From positions 310,001 through 374,000 of the forward strand of contig JABVCE010000018.1 in the NCBI GenBank assembly GCA_014905635.1: a stretch of DNA of 64,000 nucleotides, read 5' to 3'. Shown piece by piece: positions 41,157 to 53,360 of the stretch (within the stretch, counting starts at the first letter, position 1; every line of letters starts with the position of its first letter). The notes beneath the pieces were generated by a model. The model was not told the origin of the DNA, ran no database searches, and saw nothing but the letters and a program-made list of their open reading frames with translations. This stretch comes from Scenedesmus sp. PABB004 (taxonomy: Eukaryota). Position numbers and translations under genes: made by a program.

Positions 41157-43161
41157 GGCGACTGCGCCGCTGCCTGCCGCAGGCCGCTGGCGGGCAGGCA
41201 CGCGATACGAGATCACACTGACCCTGCGAGCGCCGCCGGCGCCGGCGCCGACGACCCTGCCGGGCGCGCCGCCCAAGCCGCCTGACCTGTGGCTGGCGCC
41301 GCTGACCTACGGCGAGCCGCGGCTGGACGCCAGCGCTGGCGGCGGCGGCGGCGGCGGCGGCGGTGCGGTGCACGTGCGTGGCAGCAAGGCCGGGCAGCTG
41401 TGCAGCCTGCGGTGAGCCGCGCGGCGCGGCTGTGCGGCCCGGCGGGCCATGGCCAGCCAGCTCGGCTGACGCGCGGCGCTGCCGCCGCTCCGGCGCAGGC
41501 CGCAGGCGGCCGCGGCGCTGCCGGGCATGTTTGCGCCGTGTGGCGAGGCGGCGGCGCGGGGCCTGGTGCCGGCCGGCGCGGTCAACAGCACGGCGAGCAC
41601 CTGCTGCGCACGCTCGCTCGCGCTCGCGCGGGCGCCTGCCGCGCGGCGGCGGCGGCGCCACCGCCGACGTCAGCGCACTCACCGCCCCGCCGCCGTGCTG
41701 CGCAGGCCTGCCTGGCCGCGCTGGCCGCAGCGCTGGCGGCCGACCCGGGCGGGCTGGCGGCCACGTTCCCCTTCACCGCACCGCCGCTGGCGGCGGGGGC
41801 CCGCCGCCAGACGCAGCCTGCGCGCCGGGCCAGCTCCTGAGCGGCCAGTTTGGCGGCGAGTGCATCGACTGCACCAACGCGGCTGTGCGGGGCTCGGCGT
41901 GCGTGTGCGACGCCGGTTTTGGGCCGGCACTGCTCGGCGCCGTCGCGTGCGGGCCGCGCCTGAGCGCCGCGAGCGACGCCAGCAGCAGCGCGGAGCTGGC
42001 GGCGCAGCTGTGCGCGTTTTACGCCGCCGCGCACGAGCGCATGATGCTGGTGCGGCGCGGCGCGGCACGCCGCGCCGCGCGCGCGGGCGGCCGGCGCCGC
42101 CGTGACGCGCCGCTCCGCTCCCCGCCCCGCCAGGGCGAGCTCTCTGACCGGCTGGTCGGCGGGCTCTACGCAGCTGCCTTTGAGGCCCAGGCGGCGCGCC
42201 TGCTGGACCCCGCGGCCGTGGCGGCCGCGCGCGCGCGCTTCGAGGCACGCCACGCGGCCGACCCCCGCGCGCCCGCGTCGCCGAGCCGGGCGCGCAGCGG
42301 CGTCGGCGCGTCGTGCGCGGGCTGCCGCGGCGGCACGTTTCGCGACATCTACTCGGGCCAGCAGGTTGCGCCGCGCGACGACCGCTTCGCCGCCGTCTCC
42401 GCGCTGCGCCTCGTGGGGTACATGCTCTCTGCGGCCGGGCACCCCTGCCCCGCGCTGTGGGACCCTGTCCGGCCGGGGCGCGTGGGCTACGGGCACCACG
42501 ACCGGGCCATGTGCCTGGCCATGTGACCGCGCCTCCTGCTCGGTGGCGCTGCACGCTGCTGCCCGCGCGCCCCTGGCCGCGCGCCAGCCGCGCCGTGCGC
42601 GCGCCGACCGTCCCGCCGCCGGCCGGCCAGCGCCGCAGCGCTTGGCTCGAGGCCTCGCCCCGGCGCGCGGGAGCGCGCCGGCTGCGTGGGGAGACCGCGG
42701 CTGGACGCTGCGGTCGGCGCACGACAGCTGCGCACGAGCGCAGCGCAAAGCCGCGCACGAGCGCCGCAGCGCACGCCGCGCCCGCGCGCCTGCGCCGCGC
42801 AGCCGCTGCTGGCCCGCGCCGCGGCGGCCGGGGCACGCGCGTCGGGGGCTAGGCCTCCCGCGCCGGCCGAACGCGGAGCCTGGCGGGGCAGTGGCAGCCT
42901 CGGGAGGAGCCCGCGCGAGGGCGCCGGGGGAAGCGGGGCGGCGAGCGCGGCGCAGCGGCGCTGCGCGCGGTCGTCGGTCGCTGCTGGCGGCCGCGCGCGC
43001 GCCGCGCCGGCTCGTGCCGGGAGCCCTGCTGCGCCCCGAGACCTGGGCCCCGGCCGCGCGCGCGTGCGTCCCGCCTGCCGCGCGGGCGGCGGCGCGCCCT
43101 CACACCGCGCACGCCTGTGGAGTGCGGCCCCGCCAGCCAGCCCGGACGCCCGCCCGGCGCG
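41157..43161 (+). repeat. Inverted segmental duplication, copy B (~2.0 kb)
   Basis: Matches the reverse complement of 34866-36890. The core is near-identical and the ends are more diverged. Confidence 0.97.
41183..42526 (+). pseudogene. 5'-truncated duplicate of the 3' exons of the 35527-37585 gene
   Basis: Starts at an intron acceptor (ccgcag|gccgctgg, about 41182). Exons are open and end at the same GYGHHDRAMCLAM*. No upstream exons or ATG are evident before the CK1 start region. Confidence 0.7.
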
Positions 43162-43287
43162 GCGCTGCGGCGCAGCGGAAGGTTCTGGCGGCGCGGCGCG
43201 CCGCGCCGCGCCTCAAGGGCGGCCCCCCGGGGTCTCGCGCGCCACTCGCAGCGATCTGAATCGGCTGCTCGGGTTTGTTTAAGCACG

Positions 43288-44086
43288 ATGGGACTCGACT
43301 ACTACTCGATTTTGGGCGTGGCGCGCGGCGCGAGCGCGGACGAGCTCCGCAAGGCCTATCGCAAGCAGGCGAGCCCCGAACGCGTCGCTGCCGGCTCGCA
43401 GAAGGCCGCGGCACCGATCCGCGGCGGCGCCGGAAGCCGACGCGGGCCGCGCGCCGCTGCTGCGCGCCGGAACCGCCGCTGCGCGCCGCAGGCGGTCCGG
43501 TTTCACCCGGACAAGAACCCCAACAACCGCGACTACGCGGAGGCGCGTTTCAAGGAGGTTGCAGAGGCGTACGACGTGCTGAGCGACCCGGCGAAGCGGC
43601 GAGTTTACGACGCGTACGGCGAAGGTGCGCGCCGCGCAGGCCGGCCGCGCTGCGCGCCCGCGCGGCGTGCGTGCTGCGCGCGCGCGTGTGCTGCGCGCCC
43701 GCGGCCGCCGCCGACACCCGCGCGCGCCGCGGCGCCGCAGAGGGCCTGAAGGGCGGCGCGCCGCCCGGCGCGGCCGCGGGCGGCGCGGGCCCGGGCTTCA
43801 GCTACGGCGGCGTCGACCGCGCCACTGCGGAGCGGCTGTTCGAGAGCCTCTTTGGCGGCGGCGGACCGTTCGGCGGCATGGGCGGCATGGGCGGCGGCGG
43901 GGGCGGCCCGTCGAGCTTTTTCTTCAGCACCGGCCCCGGCGGCGGCGGTTTTGCGTCCGGCGCCGGCCGCCCTGGCAGCGCGCCGGAGGGCTTCCACCAC
44001 GCCTTTGGCGGCTTTGGCGGCGCGCCGGGCGGCTTTGCCGGCTTTGGCGGCGGCTTTGGCGGCGGCGGCGACGAGGAGATGTTTGA

Positions 44087-44128
<42 letters not shown>

Positions 44129-45108
44129 GGGGGCCGGTCCCTTCTCCGCGTTCCCGCGCGCCGCGCCGCGCGGCGGCGGCGCGCAGCCCTTCTTCCAGGC
44201 CCGCGCGCCGCGCCGGCCCAACGCTGCGCCCGGCGCCGCCGGCGGCTGGGCCGGCGCGCACCGCGCGGCGCCCGGCGCCAGCGCGGCGCAGCACCAGGTG
44301 GTCGCGCTGCAGCTCAGCCTGGAGGAGCTGTTCCGGGGCGGGACCAAGCGGCTCAAGGTGAGGTGTCGGAGCGCGCTGCGCTCAGCGCGCTCCGTGCGCG
44401 CCTGGCGCTGCCGGCGGTGCGCTGCCCGCGCGCGCTGCCGCGCGACGCGCAGCCTCACGGCCGCCGCCGCGCCGCCAGGTCACGCGGCACGTGCTGGATG
44501 CGGCGAGCGGCAAGTCGCTCCCGGTGCAGGAGGTGCTGGAGGTCGCAGTCAAGCCGGGCTGGAAGGAGGGGACCAAGGCGCGCTCGCGCGCTGCCAGCCG
44601 CCGGCTGCGCGTGGGGCAGCCGCAACGGCCGCAGCGGCGGCAGCCGCTCGCCGCTCGCGCGCTCACGCCGCCGCTCGCGCTCACGCCGCCGCCGCCGCTG
44701 CGCGCTGCCCGCCGCCGCGCGCTGGCGCAGATCACGTTTGCGGGCAAGGGCGACGAGCTCGCGCCGGGCGGGCCGTGCGCCGACCTGGTGTTCGTGGTGA
44801 AGGAGGCGCCGCACCCCACGTTTGAGCGCCGCGGCGACGACCTGGTCGCGGCGCTGCGCGTGCCGCTCGTGACCGCGCTCACGGGCGGAGCCGCGTCGCT
44901 GGTTGCGCTCGACGGCCGGCCCCTGGAGGTGCCGATCGCGCCGCCGCTCGCGCACGGCGCGGCGCTGCGCGTGCCGGGCGAGGGCATGCCGCGCAGCAAG
45001 CAGCCGGGCGCGCGCGGCGACCTGCTGCTGCGCGTGGAGGTGGCCATGCCGGACCGGCTCACCGCGGCGCAGAAGGCGGCGCTCCGGAAGTGCCTGCCGG
45101 CCGAGTGA
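43288..45108 (+). CDS. Class II (DNAJB-like) Hsp40 J-domain protein
   Basis: [37 protein letters not shown] (HPD motif)...[13 protein letters not shown], a long G/F-rich region, then C-terminal [30 protein letters not shown]. No zinc finger. Confidence 0.96.
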
Positions 45109-45451
45109 GGGGCGCGCGGCGGGGGTGGTGGGCTGCGGCTGTTGTCGTTGCGCGCGTGCCCTCTGCACGGCGCAGGCGGGGTGTTGGGCACGGGATTGAT
45201 TGCTTTCACAGCTCCGTTGGGCCTCGCGCATAGCCCGCCGTCGAATGCGGGCGGGCGGCCGTCGTGTCGTGCCGCGCGACGGCCGCGGTAACTCTCAGCT
45301 TGCCGCGAGGAGCTCGCGGGCACCTTTCCGAAGCGGCCAGGGGCGCGACCAGGGTCGCTCGGCGCCCGCCGGGCCAGCCACAGCGCGCCGCCGCGCGCCG
45401 CAGCCCGCCGCGTCGCTCTCGCCGGCAACCGCGCCTCTAGACCGCCTGAAA

Positions 45452-47245
45452 ATGGCTCCCGCCGCGCTTCGCGTGCTGGCCCTAATCAGCCTCGCGGCCG
45501 TCGCGGCAGCGGCTGCAGCGCCCGCGGCCGAGCTGCGCGACTGCCTGAAGCCCCCCGCGCAGCTGCGCCCGACCACCATGGACGACTTTGTCAGCGGGCG
45601 GCCGACGCGGTGAGGCGGGAGCGCGAGCTCAGCGCCGAGCGACAGCCAGCTCGCCGCCGCTGGCGAGCGCCCACCGCCGGCGCGCGCCACCGCCGCAGGC
45701 TGCTGCTCCACCGCGCCTGGACGAGCGAGGCCCCGGCCGTGCCGCTCACGCTCTTCACGGGCCTCACGGCTGACAGGCTGGACCAGCTCGAGGCGCAGTG
45801 CCGGCACTGGCCGGGCGGCCTCGCGGCCGCGCTCTACGTGCCCGTGCTGTGGCCCAGCGGCGACGACGCCTCGCCGCCCGCGGAGCTCGCCGCCACGCTG
45901 GACGCCGCGGCGGCGGGCGTGGAGGCGCTGCGGGCGCGGTGAGGAGGCCGCGCCGCGGGCGCGCGCGCGCGCGCGGACGGCGGCCGCGGCGGCCCGGCCG
46001 ACCCGCGCCCCGCGCGCAGGCTCGCGGCCGCGCCCGGCAGCTGCGCGCTGGACGTGCTGCTGCTGTACGAGCCCGTCGCCGACGCGCGTGTGGCGGAGCT
46101 GCTGCCGATCAACGCGCTGCGCAACCACGCCGCGCTCGCTTGCCGCACGCGGCTCGTGGCAATGGCCGACGTCGACCTGCTGCCGGGCGCTGAGCTCGCG
46201 GCCTTCCTGCGCGACGCCGACGGCGTGCGCTGGCTCGAGCGCGTCACGCGCCAGCGCGGCGTCGCGGTGGTGCCCGCGTTCCAGACGGCGGTGCAGCTCA
46301 ACCTCAGCGCGGGGCACGGCCTCGCGGCGGCGGTCGCGGCGGTGCCGAGCAAGGCGCGGCGACGTCGCTCGCGCGGCGCGGCGCGCCCCGCGGCGCCGCT
46401 GCCGACCCGCCGGCGCCCACTCCCCCGCCGCCGCTGGCGGCCGCCAGGACGCACTGCGCGGCCTGGTGGAGCAGGGCTTGGCATACCAGTTTCACGTGAC
46501 CCACTTCCGCTGGGTGCGCCGACGGGCCCGCGCGGGCCGCGCCTGCCACGGCCCCTGCTCTCTGCCGCGGCTGACCGCGCCGCGCCGCGTATGCGCCAGG
46601 GGCACGACTGCACCAACGTCAAGCGCTGGCTGACCAGCGACGAGCCCTACTCCGTGCGGCGCTGCTGGAGCGGCAACTACGAGCCCTGGTGCGCCACGCT
46701 GCGCCGCCGCGCCTGCACACAGCCCCGCGCGCTCACGCCGCACCACCGCTGGCGGCTGCAGGTTCATTGTCGACCGCAAGCTCAACCCGCCGTATGACTC
46801 GGTCTTCCGGGGCTACGGCTGGAACAAGGTCTCCCACGTCACCGCGGTCTACCACGCCGGGTGCGCGAGCGGCCGGCCGGCGAGGCGCGCGGGCCGCCGG
46901 CGCAAGGAGCAGCGGCCGGCCCCTCTGCTCAGATCAGCCGCCGCCGCCGCCGCCGCCGCCACCACGCGCCGCAGGTTTGACTTTCAGGTGCTGCCGCGCG
47001 GCTTCTTCGTCCACCGGCAGCACGACGTGTCGCCCATTTCGGCGCGGTACTACGCGTCGCCGGCGAGCGAGGCGGCGCCGGCGTCGCCCGGGGCGGGCGG
47101 GGCGCGGCCGACCAACGTGCGCGCAGTGGTCGGGAGTTTTAGGGATGCGGCCCTCGCGGCGCTCAAGCAGGGCTCCTACTCGCCCGCCGTCGACGACGGT
47201 GTCAAGGCCTGCCGCGCCAAGCTCTCCTGGTGGGGTGCGCAGTGA
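45452..47245 (+). CDS. Glycosyltransferase family 49 (LARGE/B4GAT1-like) with an N-terminal signal/anchor
   Basis: Hydrophobic N-terminus, [25 protein letters not shown], DxD motif [51 protein letters not shown]. Confidence 0.88.
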
Positions 47246-47503
47246 GCGCCGGTGTGGGTCGCCGCGGCGCGTGAGCGGCGCTGCTGCGCGGGGGTAGGCG
47301 CAAAGCCCTGCCGGCGCCAGACCCCGGGCGTGCCGCGGCGGCCGGTGTGTGACGCGCGGCCTGGCCCGGTCGACCACATTCCCTGCTGCCCGAACAGCCG
47401 GCGCCTCAGCTCCACCGGCCTCTGCGTCTGCGCGAGCGCGAGCGCGAGCGCGTGCGAGCAGCGCCCGCGAGCGGCGGCGGCGGTCGCGCAGCCGGCGGCC
47501 ACG

Positions 47504-48141
47504 ATGCCGTCGCCCGCGGAGGTCAAGGCGCTGTTCCGGGCCTACCTGCGCCTGGGGCGCAGCTTTCCCAACTACAACATCCGCCAGTGAGCGCGGGAGG
47601 CCGGCCTGCGCATGCGCGGGCTCCTACCGAGGCCCAGGCGCAGCGGGCGCGCGATCGGGGCGTGCGCGCCCCTCCGCGTCCGCATGGACCCGCGCTCGTC
47701 CAATCGGAGCGGCGCGTGGAGCTCCACACCTGCCGCTCACGCGCCGCGCCGCCCGCCGCTGCCGCTGCTGCCGCTGCCCGCCGCCGCCGCCGCAGCTACC
47801 TCACTCGGCGAGCGCGGGAGGAGTTCCACGCGCTGCCGGGCAAGGACGCCGCGGCGGCGGAGGCGGCGTGGGCGCGCGCGCGGGGCGAGCTCGAGGTGTG
47901 GCGGCGGCAGAGCGCGGTGTATGGCCTCTACGGCCGGCGCGTGAAGACCGTGCTGGTGCGGCAGCGCGCGCGGGGCGGCGGCGCGGCGCGGGCGCGCGGG
48001 CGCGGCGCGGGCGCGCGGGCGCGGGTGGGGTGCGTTGCCGGCCGCGCAGCTGTGCGCGCGACACCGCACCGCGCCGGCGCCGACCGCGCGCCGCGCCGCT
48101 GCCGCGCGCAGGAGCTCGACGCCGCCGCGCAGCGCCCCTGA
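47504..48141 (+). CDS. ISD11: LYR-motif protein, ISD11/LYRM4-like (mitochondrial Fe-S assembly)
   Basis: MPSPAEVKALFRAYLRLGRSFPNYNIR|HYLTRRAREEFH...ELEVWRRQSAVYGLY...VL|ELD. About 90 aa with 2 introns. Confidence 0.88.
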
Positions 48142-48310
48142 ACGGCTGCAGCGGCAGCCGCAGCAGCAGCGACACTGCAGACTGCGCGTCCACGCGAACT
48201 CAATCGACGGCGGCGGGGGGCGGACAGCGAATAAGCGGTGCACAGGGCAGCGGCGAGGGCCGCGCCTGCCGCTGCGGCGCCAGGAGCCGGTAACCCGGCG
48301 TCGCCCCTCG

Positions 48311-48718
48311 CTACTCGGCGACGCCCGCCCGCGCTGCAGGCGGCCGCGCGGCCGCGCGCTGCGCCGCCGCCGCCGCGGCCCGCGCCAGGCGCGCGCGCCA
48401 CGCGGCCAGCTCCTCCGGCGGCGCCAGCTCCTCGGCCGGCAGCGAGCTGGACATGTGGGCGAAGCGGCCGCTCGGCAGCGGCGCGTCGTCGTCCTCGGGC
48501 TGCGCCGCCCCGGCCGGCGGCGGCGGGCGCCGCCAGCGCAGCAGCTCCGCCTCGAGCAGGCGCTGCTGCAGCGCCGCGACGGCGTCCAGCCGGCGCGCGA
48601 GGATGGCGTTGTTGCGCGCCGGCAGCGCGGCGCCGCCGCCGCCGGGCGAGTGCGCAGCGGCAGGGGGGCCTCCCGGCTCGCTGTCGCCGCACGGGAGCAG
48701 CACCCGGCGCGACGACAT
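48311..48718 (-). CDS. Small hypothetical protein
   Basis: MSSRRVLLP...RNNAILARRLDAVAALQQRLLEAELLRW...GRFAHMSSSLPAEELAPPEELAAW. Coding-like codon pattern. Confidence 0.45.
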   Translation of the reverse strand: MSSRRVLLPCGDSEPGGPPAAAHSPGGGGAALPARNNAILARRLDAVAALQQRLLEAELLRWRRPPPPAGAAQPEDDDAPLPSGRFAHMSSSLPAEELAPPEELAAWRARLARAAAAAAQRAAARPPAARAGVAE

Positions 48719-49189
48719 GCGTTGACCGCCGCGCCCGCCGGCCCCCCGCGCCGCCCCGCGTCGCCGCCGTTGGTTCGGAAGCGGTGAGAACTCCGGCTGT
48801 GGTGGTGGGGTGGAGCAGCCCACGCCGGCTCGGTCCACGCGGCGTTCCAGCGACCGGGCGCGCGCCGTCACGTCGTTTCACGTCGTTGCCGCGCCGCGCG
48901 CGTGCCGCCGAAAACGCAGCCGCGCGCCTCGCCCGTGCCGTGGCCCTTGTCAGACGCGCGCCCGCCGCGCTCCCGCCCGCCTCGCCGGACCGACGCCGCC
49001 GCGACGGAGCAGCGGGCAGCGCTCGCCCCCGCTCCGCCCCTGCCTGGGCGCTGCCCGCCCTGGGCGTGCTCCCTGGCTCCTGGGCGTCGTCGGCCGGGAG
49101 CCGTGGGCGCGTGCGGGCCGGCACGGGAGCGGGGGTGGGCGGCGGCAGCGGCGGCAGCGCGCGGCAGAACCAACTGAGCGCCCGCCCGC

Positions 49190-49654
49190 ATGGCCAGCCG
49201 CCCGGGCGCAGGCGGGCTGGACGAGGTGGTGGACCGCCTGGAATACACCTACATCGACCTCCCCGAGCTCATCGGCTCCGACGACGACCTCGCGCCCCCC
49301 GAGCCGGAGTTCACGCAGCCTGCGCAGCACCAGCACGCCGGGGGCGCAGCGCGGCAGCATCAGCAGCAGCTGTACGCCGGTGGCGGCGGCGGCGGGCCGA
49401 GCTACTGGGAGCAGCTGCAGCAGGCCGGCGGCGGCGCGGCGCGCAGGCAGCTGCTGGGCGCGCGCGCGCCGCCGGGCGGGCTGGGCGCCGCGCTGGCGGC
49501 GGCGGCGGCGCAGCAGCAGGCAGGCGCGCCGCAGCTGCAGCCGCAGCAGCATTGGCAGCGGCCGCAGCAGCAGCCGCAGTGGCAGCAGCAGTGGCAGCAG
49601 CAGCAGCCGCCGCCGGGGCAAGCCGCGGCCGCGCAAGCGCTCCCGAGCTGGTGA
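49190..49654 (+). CDS. Small Q-rich hypothetical protein; may splice further 3'
   Basis: MASRPGAGGLDEVVDRLEYTYIDLPELIGSDDDL...poly-Q/W. Ends at TG|GTGAG, a possible donor. TGTAA signals lie downstream. Confidence 0.5.
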   Translation: MASRPGAGGLDEVVDRLEYTYIDLPELIGSDDDLAPPEPEFTQPAQHQHAGGAARQHQQQLYAGGGGGGPSYWEQLQQAGGGAARRQLLGARAPPGGLGAALAAAAAQQQAGAPQLQPQQHWQRPQQQPQWQQQWQQQQPPPGQAAAAQALPSW

Positions 49655-49816
49655 GTGCTGCCGCGCTCGAGCGCCGCGCGGCACGTGCGCTGCTGCAGCG
49701 CGGTCGCCGAACGTCGCCGCGCTGCCGCTGCTGCCGCGCGCGCAGGGCCCTGCCGGCGCGGGGGGCGGGCGACGGCGGCGGCGGCGGCGGCATGGACGAG
49801 GGCTGACCTCCGGTTG

Positions 49817-49852
49817 GTTGCCTCTGGTGTTGCCTCTGGTGTTGCCTCTGGT
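49817..49852. repeat. 12-bp tandem repeat (GTTGCCTCTGGT) x3
   Basis: Seen directly, abutting TGTAA. Confidence 0.85.
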
Positions 49853-50058
49853 GTAACACACAGTCGATGCTGAGGCGCGTTGTAATGGTACAGTCATAGT
49901 ACAAAACTCATGCCGCACACGCGGCGGGGGGCCGGCAGCCAACTGCGCACGGGGCGGCAACGAGCAACAGCTAGAATACAAGCGCCCCGCGGCCGGCACA
50001 GTGTTGACACAGGACACAGCGTTGCGTTGGTGGTACAGGCCCTCCGCCGCCGCCTCAC

Positions 50059-53000
50059 CTAGCGGCCCCGCGCGGCGCCCGCGCGGCCGTCGCCGCCCTC
50101 CGGCTCGTCCTGCAGCGCAAACGCCTCGAACACAGCCTCCGCGTCCGCCGTGGGCTCGGAGCTGTCCCAGTCGCGCTCCTGCACAGCCCAGGCGAAGACG
50201 TCGGGGCCCGTGGACCAGCAAGCGGCGGGCGGCGCCGCGGGCGCCCGCGCCGCCGCCGCCGCACGCTGCTGCTGGTGCCTCTTCTTCTTGCGCGCCCCCT
50301 CATGCTGCGCGGGCCGCGCGCCCTGCTGCTTCAGGCCCTGCTGCTGGCCCTGCGCCGCCGGCGCCGCGGGTACGACCGGCGGTGCTGCTGGCGCCGCCGC
50401 CGCCGGAGCCTCGGCCTCGGCCTGCAGCCCCGCGCTCGCTGCCTGCTGGGCGGCGGCGGCGGCCTGCCGCGCCACCTCCTCCAGCCGCCGCATCATGCGG
50501 TGCGAGCGCGCGGGCGGCCGCACCACGCCCGCGCGGTCGACCCTCGCCAGCACCCCGCCCAGGCCGTCGGCCAGGCCGGCGAGGCCCGGGGGCTCGCGCT
50601 GTGCCGCCGGGCCGCCGCCGGCCACAACGCGCAGCATGTGGCCCTGCAGGCGCCCCAGACCCTGGTCGCCGGCGGGGGCCGCGCCGGCGGGCGCCGCGCC
50701 GGCCGGCGCCTCGCCGCCAAACGCCTCCTCCCAGGCCGCCGGGAACGCGCAAGCGTACGCGGCGGCGTAGCCCGGCTCCACGGCCGGGCCCGGCGCGGCG
50801 CCGCCGGCGACCGCGTCGCCCCCGCCCGCCTCGCGGCAGCGCGCCGCGAGCACGGCGGCCGCGAAGCCCGCGCTGCGCGCCGCCGCGCGCGCCGCCGCCG
50901 CCTCGGCGCGCTCGGGCGCCAGCGCCAGCGCGGCCGCGTCCCAGCGGCCCTCCTCCTGCGCGCCGCCGCGCCGCAGCTCGCGCAGGGCCGCCATCATGCC
51001 CGGCAGACGCCCCGCGTCCTCGGCGAGCGACGCGAGCACGCACAGCAGGCGGCGCGCCTGCTCCTCCGGCGCGTCGCGCGCGCGCAGCGGCGCGTTGGCC
51101 GCCGCCGCCGGCAGCAGCGCCGCCACGCGCGCGAGGGTCTCGGGCTGGCCCGTGCGCGCGACGTGCCCCGCGACGCGCCACGCCGCGTCGCCCAGCTCGG
51201 CGCTGTCGCCCACGACCAGCGCGACCGCCAGCGCCCAGGCGGGGCCCAGCGGCGCGGGCGCGGCCGCCAGCGCGGTCGCGCACGCGGCCGCCACCGCGAG
51301 CGCCGCCTGCGCCTCGCAGGGGGAGCGCGGCGCGCCGTGGCCGGCGGCGGCGGCGGCGCCCGCCTCCGCCAGCTGCACCAGCAGCTCCGCCACGCCCGGC
51401 GCGGCTGCGCCGCCGGGGCCGGCGCCGGCGCTGCCGAGCTCGAGCGGGAACGAGCTGGGCGGCGCGGCGGCCGCCGCTGCCGACGCCGCCGCGCCGCCGC
51501 CCCCCCAGCGGCCGGCGTCTTGGGCGGCCGGGCGCCGAGCAGGTAGCGCGCGGCGGCGCTGGCCAGGCTCCACTGCTCGCCGTCGTCCTCCGCCGCGCCG
51601 CCCTGCGCCGCCTTGGCGCCGGCGTCGGCGCCGACACCGCGCGCCGCGGGGTCGGCGGGCGCCGCCGCCGCCGCCGCCGCGACCAGGGCAGCCCCACATG
51701 GCGCCGCCGCCGCGCTCGTCGCACTCGCGGGCGCGGCGCCGCCGCCGCCGCCGCCGGGCTCGCGCCAGCGGTAGCTGGGGGCGATGTCCTGCGGCAGGTA
51801 GTGCTGGGCGCCCGGCCAGCTGACGCAGGCGATGGGCCTGCGTCGGCTGGCCAGCAGCGCGGCCTCGCGCGCGCGCTGCGCTGCGGACGGCACTGCGCGC
51901 GGCGGGTTCGCGGGGCGGGCGCGCGCGGGTGCGGGTGGGCGTCAGGCGCGGGACCGAGCAGCCGCCGCCAGGCGCGCCGTGGCTCCGGCAGGGCAGCGAC
52001 GCGCGGCGGCGCGGCGGCGCGGCGGTGCACGGCGGCGCGGCTCACCCCGGCCGCCAGCGAGCGCCGCGAGCGCCGCCGTGAGCGCCGCCAGCAGCACTGC
52101 CGCCACCGCGGCGCCGCCGGTCACCGCCAGCATCGCCGGCAGGCCAAGCGGCTCGCCCGGCGCCACGCGCTGCAGCGCGGCGGCCAGCGCGGCGCCCTGG
52201 CCGCCGCCGGGCGCGGCCGCGGTGCCGGGCGTGTCCGCCACCGCGGCGCCGCCCGCGCGGAGGGCGCCCGCGCAGAGCGCCGTGAGCTGCTCGCCCGCCT
52301 CCTGCAGCCGCCGTGCCGCCGGGGCGTCGGCGAGCTGGCTGCGCGCCGCGGCGAGCTGGCCCGGCAGCGCATGCGCGGCCGCGGCCGCCTGGTGCGCCAG
52401 GGCGAGCGCCCACGCCCGCGCGGCGGCGACGTGCGCGGCGGCGGAGGCCTCCATGGCAGGCGCCTCAACCCCCGGGGCGGGGTCCTCAGCATCCGCGACA
52501 GGCGCCTCGGCCTCCGCGGTGGGCGCCTCGGCCTCCGCGGCAGGCGCTTGCGCCGCGGTCGCCGACGTCGCGCTGCTGGCGGCATCAATGCCGGGCAGCG
52601 GCCTGGCGGGCGCGGGGGAGGGGCCGCGGCGGCGGGGTCAGCGCGCGACATGCGCGGGGCCGGCGGTGCTGCCGGGCACGCCGGGCCGGTCTGCGCCGCC
52701 ATCACCGCACCTGATGAGCTCCGCATCTGGGAAAAGCAGCGAGTCCTGCAAGCGGCGGCCGGGGCGCCCCGGCGCACGCCGAGTCAGCGTCGGCGAGCCG
52801 CACGCGCGCGCGCGCCGCGCAGTCGCCCCCAAACGCTGCGCGGCGAGGCCACCCACCAGGAGCCGCAGCGGCAGCACAGCAGCGCCCACCACCGGGCGCG
52901 CCACCGCGCGCAGGACGCCGCCGCGGCGGGCGCCCTCCGCCGCCGGGGCTGCGGCGTCAGCCGGGGCGGTCGGCGCGGGGCGCGCGGCGGGCTCGCTGCC

Positions 53001-53360
53001 CGCCGCCAGGCGCGTGATGGGCGGCAGCAGCGGCGGAATGATGGGGCTGGTGGCGCGCTCGCGCAGCACCGTGGCCGTCAGCTGCGGCACGCGCGGGCGG
53101 CGCACGGGGTGGGGCGGGTGGCGGTGGGTCGAGTTCAAACGCCGTGCCGCGCATTGCCGCGCCGCGGATGCCACGGGGCCGCGCGGGGCTGGCAGGCAGG
53201 TGCTGTCGAGCACGCCGAACGACCTGCGGGCTGGGCCCGCGGCGGGTGCGCGCGCGGCCGAGCGCGCCCGCGCCGCGCCGCGCCGCACCGCCGCCGCGGC
53301 CAGCGCGGTCGCGCCGAGCAGCTGCTTGGCCGCGCACGACAGGGCGCCGTTGGTGTGGGG
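50059..53360 (-). CDS. Ala-rich multi-exon hypothetical protein; 5' end uncertain and may extend into the direct repeat
   Basis: Coding-like segments MEASAAAHVAAARAWALAL...LAALAGG|, PIACVSWPGAQHYLPQDIAPSYRW, ELLVQLAE...CWSTGPDVFAWAVQERDWD. A frame switch occurs near 51505. Confidence 0.5.

Noticed and set aside
34866..43161. DNA transposon with long terminal inverted repeats carrying CK1
   Set aside because: The arms are host exon/intron sequence, the outer ends are the most diverged part, and no target-site duplication or transposase was seen.
52711..52735. Hammerhead-like core CTGATGA...GAAA
   Set aside because: Stem II cannot close properly (G opposite G) and no convincing stems I and III were found.
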